IMG/VR virus record: IMGVR_UViG_3300031881_000087 | Span: 1 to 44,968 of that record | Reading direction: 5' to 3' (one strand) | Length of the DNA stretch: 44,968 nucleotides | Source: a virus | Shown: one piece after another, positions 44,827 through 44,968 of the stretch | How positions within the stretch are numbered: the stretch's first letter is position 1 | Layout: each line of letters starts with the position of its first letter | The notes under the pieces: model-generated | The model's input: the letters and a program-made list of their open reading frames with translations, nothing else | Databases searched by the model: none | Told to the model about the DNA's origin: nothing | Translations under genes and position numbers: made by a program

Positions 44827-44968
44827 TCAACTAGACCCTTCCACACATCGGCACCGCCAAGGGCTGCCTGCTGCTCGGCCAGGTGCAGACGCCATTCACC
44901 GATGACCTGCACGTGGCCGAGCAGCAGGCAGCCCTTGGCGGTGCCGATGTGTGGAAGGGTCTAGTTGA
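44827..44968. repeat. 142-nt terminal fold-back: a direct copy of nt 1-55 followed by the reverse complement of nt 1-88
   Basis: 44827-44880 and 44915-44968 form 54-bp inverted arms. The arms are extended by aggtgcag/ctgcacgt (one mismatch) around an 18-nt loop. Confidence 0.95.

Noticed and set aside
1-44968. An apparent genome-wide abundance of GTGAC/GTCAC pentamers.
   Set aside because: A back-of-envelope expectation for this base composition is about 2 per kb over both strands, which is about what I see. Only the longer CCTGTCA/TGACAGG form is locally enriched.
1-44968. CRISPR arrays, insertion sequences, rRNA genes or toxin-antitoxin pairs.
   Set aside because: I saw no regularly spaced direct repeats with unique spacers, no transposase-like ORFs with terminal inverted repeats, and no rRNA-like sequence. 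The small coupled ORFs show no recognisable TA motifs.

Overview
This GC-rich 44,968-nt window reads as one essentially complete genome of a tailed dsDNA phage with podovirus-like (T7-order) virion gene synteny. Nt 1-55 recur at 44827-44881. A giant minus-strand ORF leaves the window at nt 1 and continues in frame at nt 44826. The molecule is therefore circular or circularly permuted, with a unit of about 44,826 bp. The last 88 nt are also a reverse-complement copy of nt 1-88 (a fold-back, probably artefactual). Two arms diverge at about 23.6 kb and converge at about 42.84 kb. (i) The minus-strand packaging and virion arm holds a TerS candidate, TerL, three beta-rich paralogs, portal, scaffold, major capsid and an esterase-adaptor fusion. 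It continues with a 1192-aa nozzle-like protein, three internal proteins and a ~1985-aa ejection-type protein. After the wrap it continues with a tail fiber and a spanin-like pair. (ii) The plus-strand early arm holds a PD-(D/E)xK resolvase-like nuclease, a leftward islet with a tRNA(CAU) and a small gene, and a small ECF-sigma-like protein. A ~1.4-kb coding-poor very GC-rich gap follows, carrying an orientation-switching array of CGTGACAGGC-type motifs. After it come an AAA+ (MoxR/CobS-like) ATPase with a partner gene, many small Cys-rich ORFs, a DUF6876-like gene, an XRE HTH gene and a YqaJ exonuclease plus RecT pair. The arm ends with Ea22-like paralogs, a frame-disrupted DUF1376-like gene, a frame-disrupted full-length GroEL-like chaperonin, a DUF1643-like gene and a 595-aa unknown. 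I recognised no integrase, DNA polymerase, primase, helicase or phage RNA polymerase. All family assignments are motif recognition by eye, not database searches. Most second-look value lies in the motif array and noncoding gap (25.5-26.9 kb), the split phage GroEL, the C5-run frame break in the DUF1376 gene, the esterase-adaptor fusion and the duplicated gene-junction cassettes.
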